From Malacoraja senta (Eukaryota): a stretch of DNA of 64,000 bases. The first letter of the stretch is position 1, and each line of letters opens with the position of its first letter. The position numbers were made by a program, and so were the translations under genes. Positions 61,100 to 64,000 of this stretch are shown in pieces. The DNA lies in contig CM075997.1 of the NCBI GenBank assembly GCA_038087875.1, forward strand, positions 8,992,001 through 9,056,000, in the 5' to 3' direction. Under the pieces are notes generated by a model. It had not been told where the DNA came from. It did no database searches and was given only the letters and a program-made list of their open reading frames with translations.

Positions 61100-64000
61100 C
61101 AATACTTACCTTCAGCGGCGCTGTAATTCTGCCACTGTCCGTGTGCGCGATTTTGGCGCCTTTAAGGGGGGCCGGGGTTAAAGCGCGGGTTTCTCCTCCC
61201 TTGTCCTGAATTATATTTTGTTGGAGTACCAGCCTCTGTGAAAGAATCGTTCCGGGTGCCGTTTTGCGTAGTTTGTTTAAAAAATCTCCCAACAAGTTCA
61301 GCGTTGGAATCATTTTAAAATCATCTTCTGAAGCGTCAACGCCAACAACGGGGACGGATTTCACACAAGGGAAAGGTAAACGAAAGTGCTTTATTTTAAT
61401 GTATAAACGTTCTCCTTAAGAGGCCTTTAATTCACATTTTTACATGCGACACGGTGATTTTTTCCCCCGAATTAACGGCAGTATTTTTCATGCCAATACG
61501 GGGTTAAATTCACCGCAAATGAACGTTCCAAATAATCGAGTTCCAGAAATCCCCATTCGCAAGATGATATAAATTCCCATTAATTTACAGGTATTAAACA
61601 TTCAATTCCTTCCATTTGGTCTGTAAATTCATGAAAATTAGATTTAAAAATTATGTTATATTGTGAATTATTGTGTGAATGTTATTTGGACACTTAAGCT
61701 TTTTAAAAATGTTAATCTATTCTTAAATAAATGGATAGATGTTTAAATCTAGTAATTGAATTTAGATGAAACTGATGATTTTCTTGTTGAGTATTTACTA
61801 TTTGTTTTAGCATTTAACTTTATCATTTCTACCTTTTTTTCTAAAGCTGCAAATAATAACTTGTTTCTGTTAATGATGTTCAGTGTTTTTTTTTTAATTT
61901 ACATTGTAAATAGATGTCTCCAAAGAAGAAATGCAAAATTGTCAATCCAAAAGCCCAGACAGGCATAGATAGAGTTCAACTTGAAGAGAACTTCTCTGTC
62001 ATGCCTGAGTCTAAGAGGGATCTTAAAAATGGACACATCTTGTACTTGTATACCTCGTTTGGAAAAAGTCTGCCTGAAACAGAGAAATCGCTGAGTTCAC
62101 ATTTCTCTTTGTCGGATGCAGAAGGCTATTCATTTGTTACTGTTAAGTTAAAAGTGAAGACTCTCGTTAACCGGACTTTGCTTAAGTTTAAAAAACTCAC
62201 CAATCCCAAGGAACTTGGAGTATTTATGGAAATTTGTGATGAAACTTTTAAACTTCCGGAAGGCAGTCAACACATTTCTTTAGATGACATTCCACTGCCT
62301 GGTGCTCAAGATCCGGAATCCTTGACATCTGCCGAAAGCCAAGTGCCCATATTTCAAGACACTGAGGACATGGGCGATGACAGTCATAGTCTGCATCCTC
62401 CACTGAATCTAGCAATGCCAACGACACCTGCTGCCTCACCTGAACCAATGCCATCGACATCTAGTGTTTCAAAAAGATGTAGCAGAGAATTTCTAAGTCT
62501 TTCACCAGGGAAACAAAAATTGACGAAAAGACTAAAGTATATGTACGAATCCAGGGCTGCTCTTTCAACAAAGTATCACACAAAGATCAGTGAACTTAGG
62601 GCACGGTTGAAAACTCCCAAACGTATAGTTAATCAAGCCTTAAAGAGAAAGCAAAACCAAATAGATTTAAAGGACAGAAAGATTCAGGAACTCAAAACCA
62701 AATTACGTGATAATACTTCTGCACGAGTGCTTGCTATAACACCAAGGCAGAGTTTTTCAAACTTAAAAAAGCACACAGACAATTGCTGATGTTTCGTGGC
62801 AGTACGAAAAAGAGGAAAACTGTTTCAATTCACCAGTACAGAAAAGTTCATGAAAATTTAAAGGACAGGGAAGAGGATGTGAGACGCCTCGAATTTGACA
62901 ATCTTGTCCTCAAAGAAACAATCGAAAATCTGCAGGCTGCCAGTATTGTCAAGGCAAAGGTGGGCCAGAAAACCTACTCCTCAACAATAAGGATGCATGT
63001 GTTTGACTGTATTGTAAACAAAACTCCCACAGCAAACATTCCAATCCTGATAAGCCAGTTCTACAAGCGGAGTGGACTTCATCTGGATTATGTTCCTCGA
63101 CGCAGTGCAGTTGAAGTTATGGCCCGAGAATTGGGAGCTATTGCTGAGTTGCAAACAGCAGAGATGCTCCTTGCAACAAGGGGTTTGACTGTGGGGTTTG
63201 ATGCAACCACCCAGGAAGAGACCCACATTAACAGTGTTCATTTCACCACCACAAACAACTGTCTCTCTGCAGCAGTTGATGAATTGGCTGGTGGGACTGC
63301 TGAGGACTATGCACAACATATTTGCGAAACAATTGACAATTTGTGTAAAACTTACATTTATTTTAATGAGCAAACAAATTTTCAAGATACAAGACAAAAT
63401 ATAATCGACAACATTTCAAACACAATGAGTGACAGGTGTGCAGCTAATCATGCTGCTATTAGAATTGTGAGTAGTGAGTGGGGTAAATATTTGAACGAGC
63501 TCTACTGCCACTTGCATCCTCTTGACTCCATTGCTACATCAGTTCGCTCAGCCCTAAAAATGCAGAAACAATCCGGAGGACAATTCTTATTTGGGAAAGA
63601 CTGTCTAGCAGTAAATGCCATACTGCAGATGAGCAAACTTAGATACAAAAACGGAAAAGGGGACCCAAAAGGATTTGTCGCATTTTTAGATGACAGGAAC
63701 ATCCCCCGAGGTGTCCTCCCACGGTACCGTGGCAACATATTGCACATACTGTTTCATATTAGTGGCAAGCTGATAGAATATTATGATGACTTTGTAGCAC
63801 TGCTGAATAGCGGAACATCCTGTGGGGGGTTGAAAAGCGCCATCCTCCATGACTTCACCCAGGCTGAAGCAAAAGTAGAACTTCAGATATTGGGCTTACT
63901 TGGCAAATATCTGACTGGGCCTTGAATGAAACGCTTCTACACTTCAAGCCAGAATCAGATCAACCATGTTGATGGCATCAACGTGATTAAAGGGGTGATT
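61100..64000 (+). mobile_element. DNA transposon with disrupted DDE transposase (CxxH-containing; superfamily unassigned), runs off the window
   Basis: ORFs 61914..62789 and 62783..63925 join by a frameshift near 62740. Motifs GFDATT, MSDRCAAN, CHLHPLD and RYRGN. The TGA at 63923 is followed in frame by MKRFYTS (likely W to stop). The left boundary is approximate. Confidence 0.75.

Overview
Eukaryotic genomic DNA, very probably a cartilaginous fish (skate or ray), inferred from the CR1, L1, V-SINE and Penelope repeat repertoire and the GPCR type. Roughly 90% of the window is nested, decayed transposable elements: several CR1/L3 LINE subfamilies (labelled A, B, C and E informally here), L1/Tx1-type LINEs, Rex1-like LINEs, Penelope-like elements with hammerhead-ribozyme cores, a DIRS-type tyrosine-recombinase retrotransposon, a Gypsy gag remnant, a Helitron-like 3' end with minisatellite arrays, and a DDE DNA transposase. 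Host content is one intact two-exon GPR139/GPR142-like class A GPCR gene (minus strand, join 31072-31003 and 29124-28226, 322 aa) and exon 1 of a divergently oriented paralog (60263-60332). The two share a conserved upstream motif. Notable structures are a 1,842-bp direct duplication flanking an L1, a probable ~4-kb inversion splitting a Rex1 fragment, a 93-bp hammerhead-core micro-insertion, tandem 5' monomers on a CR1, and a 14.4-kb nest closed by a 6-bp TSD. All calls were made by eye; TE boundaries are approximate unless a TSD is quoted.
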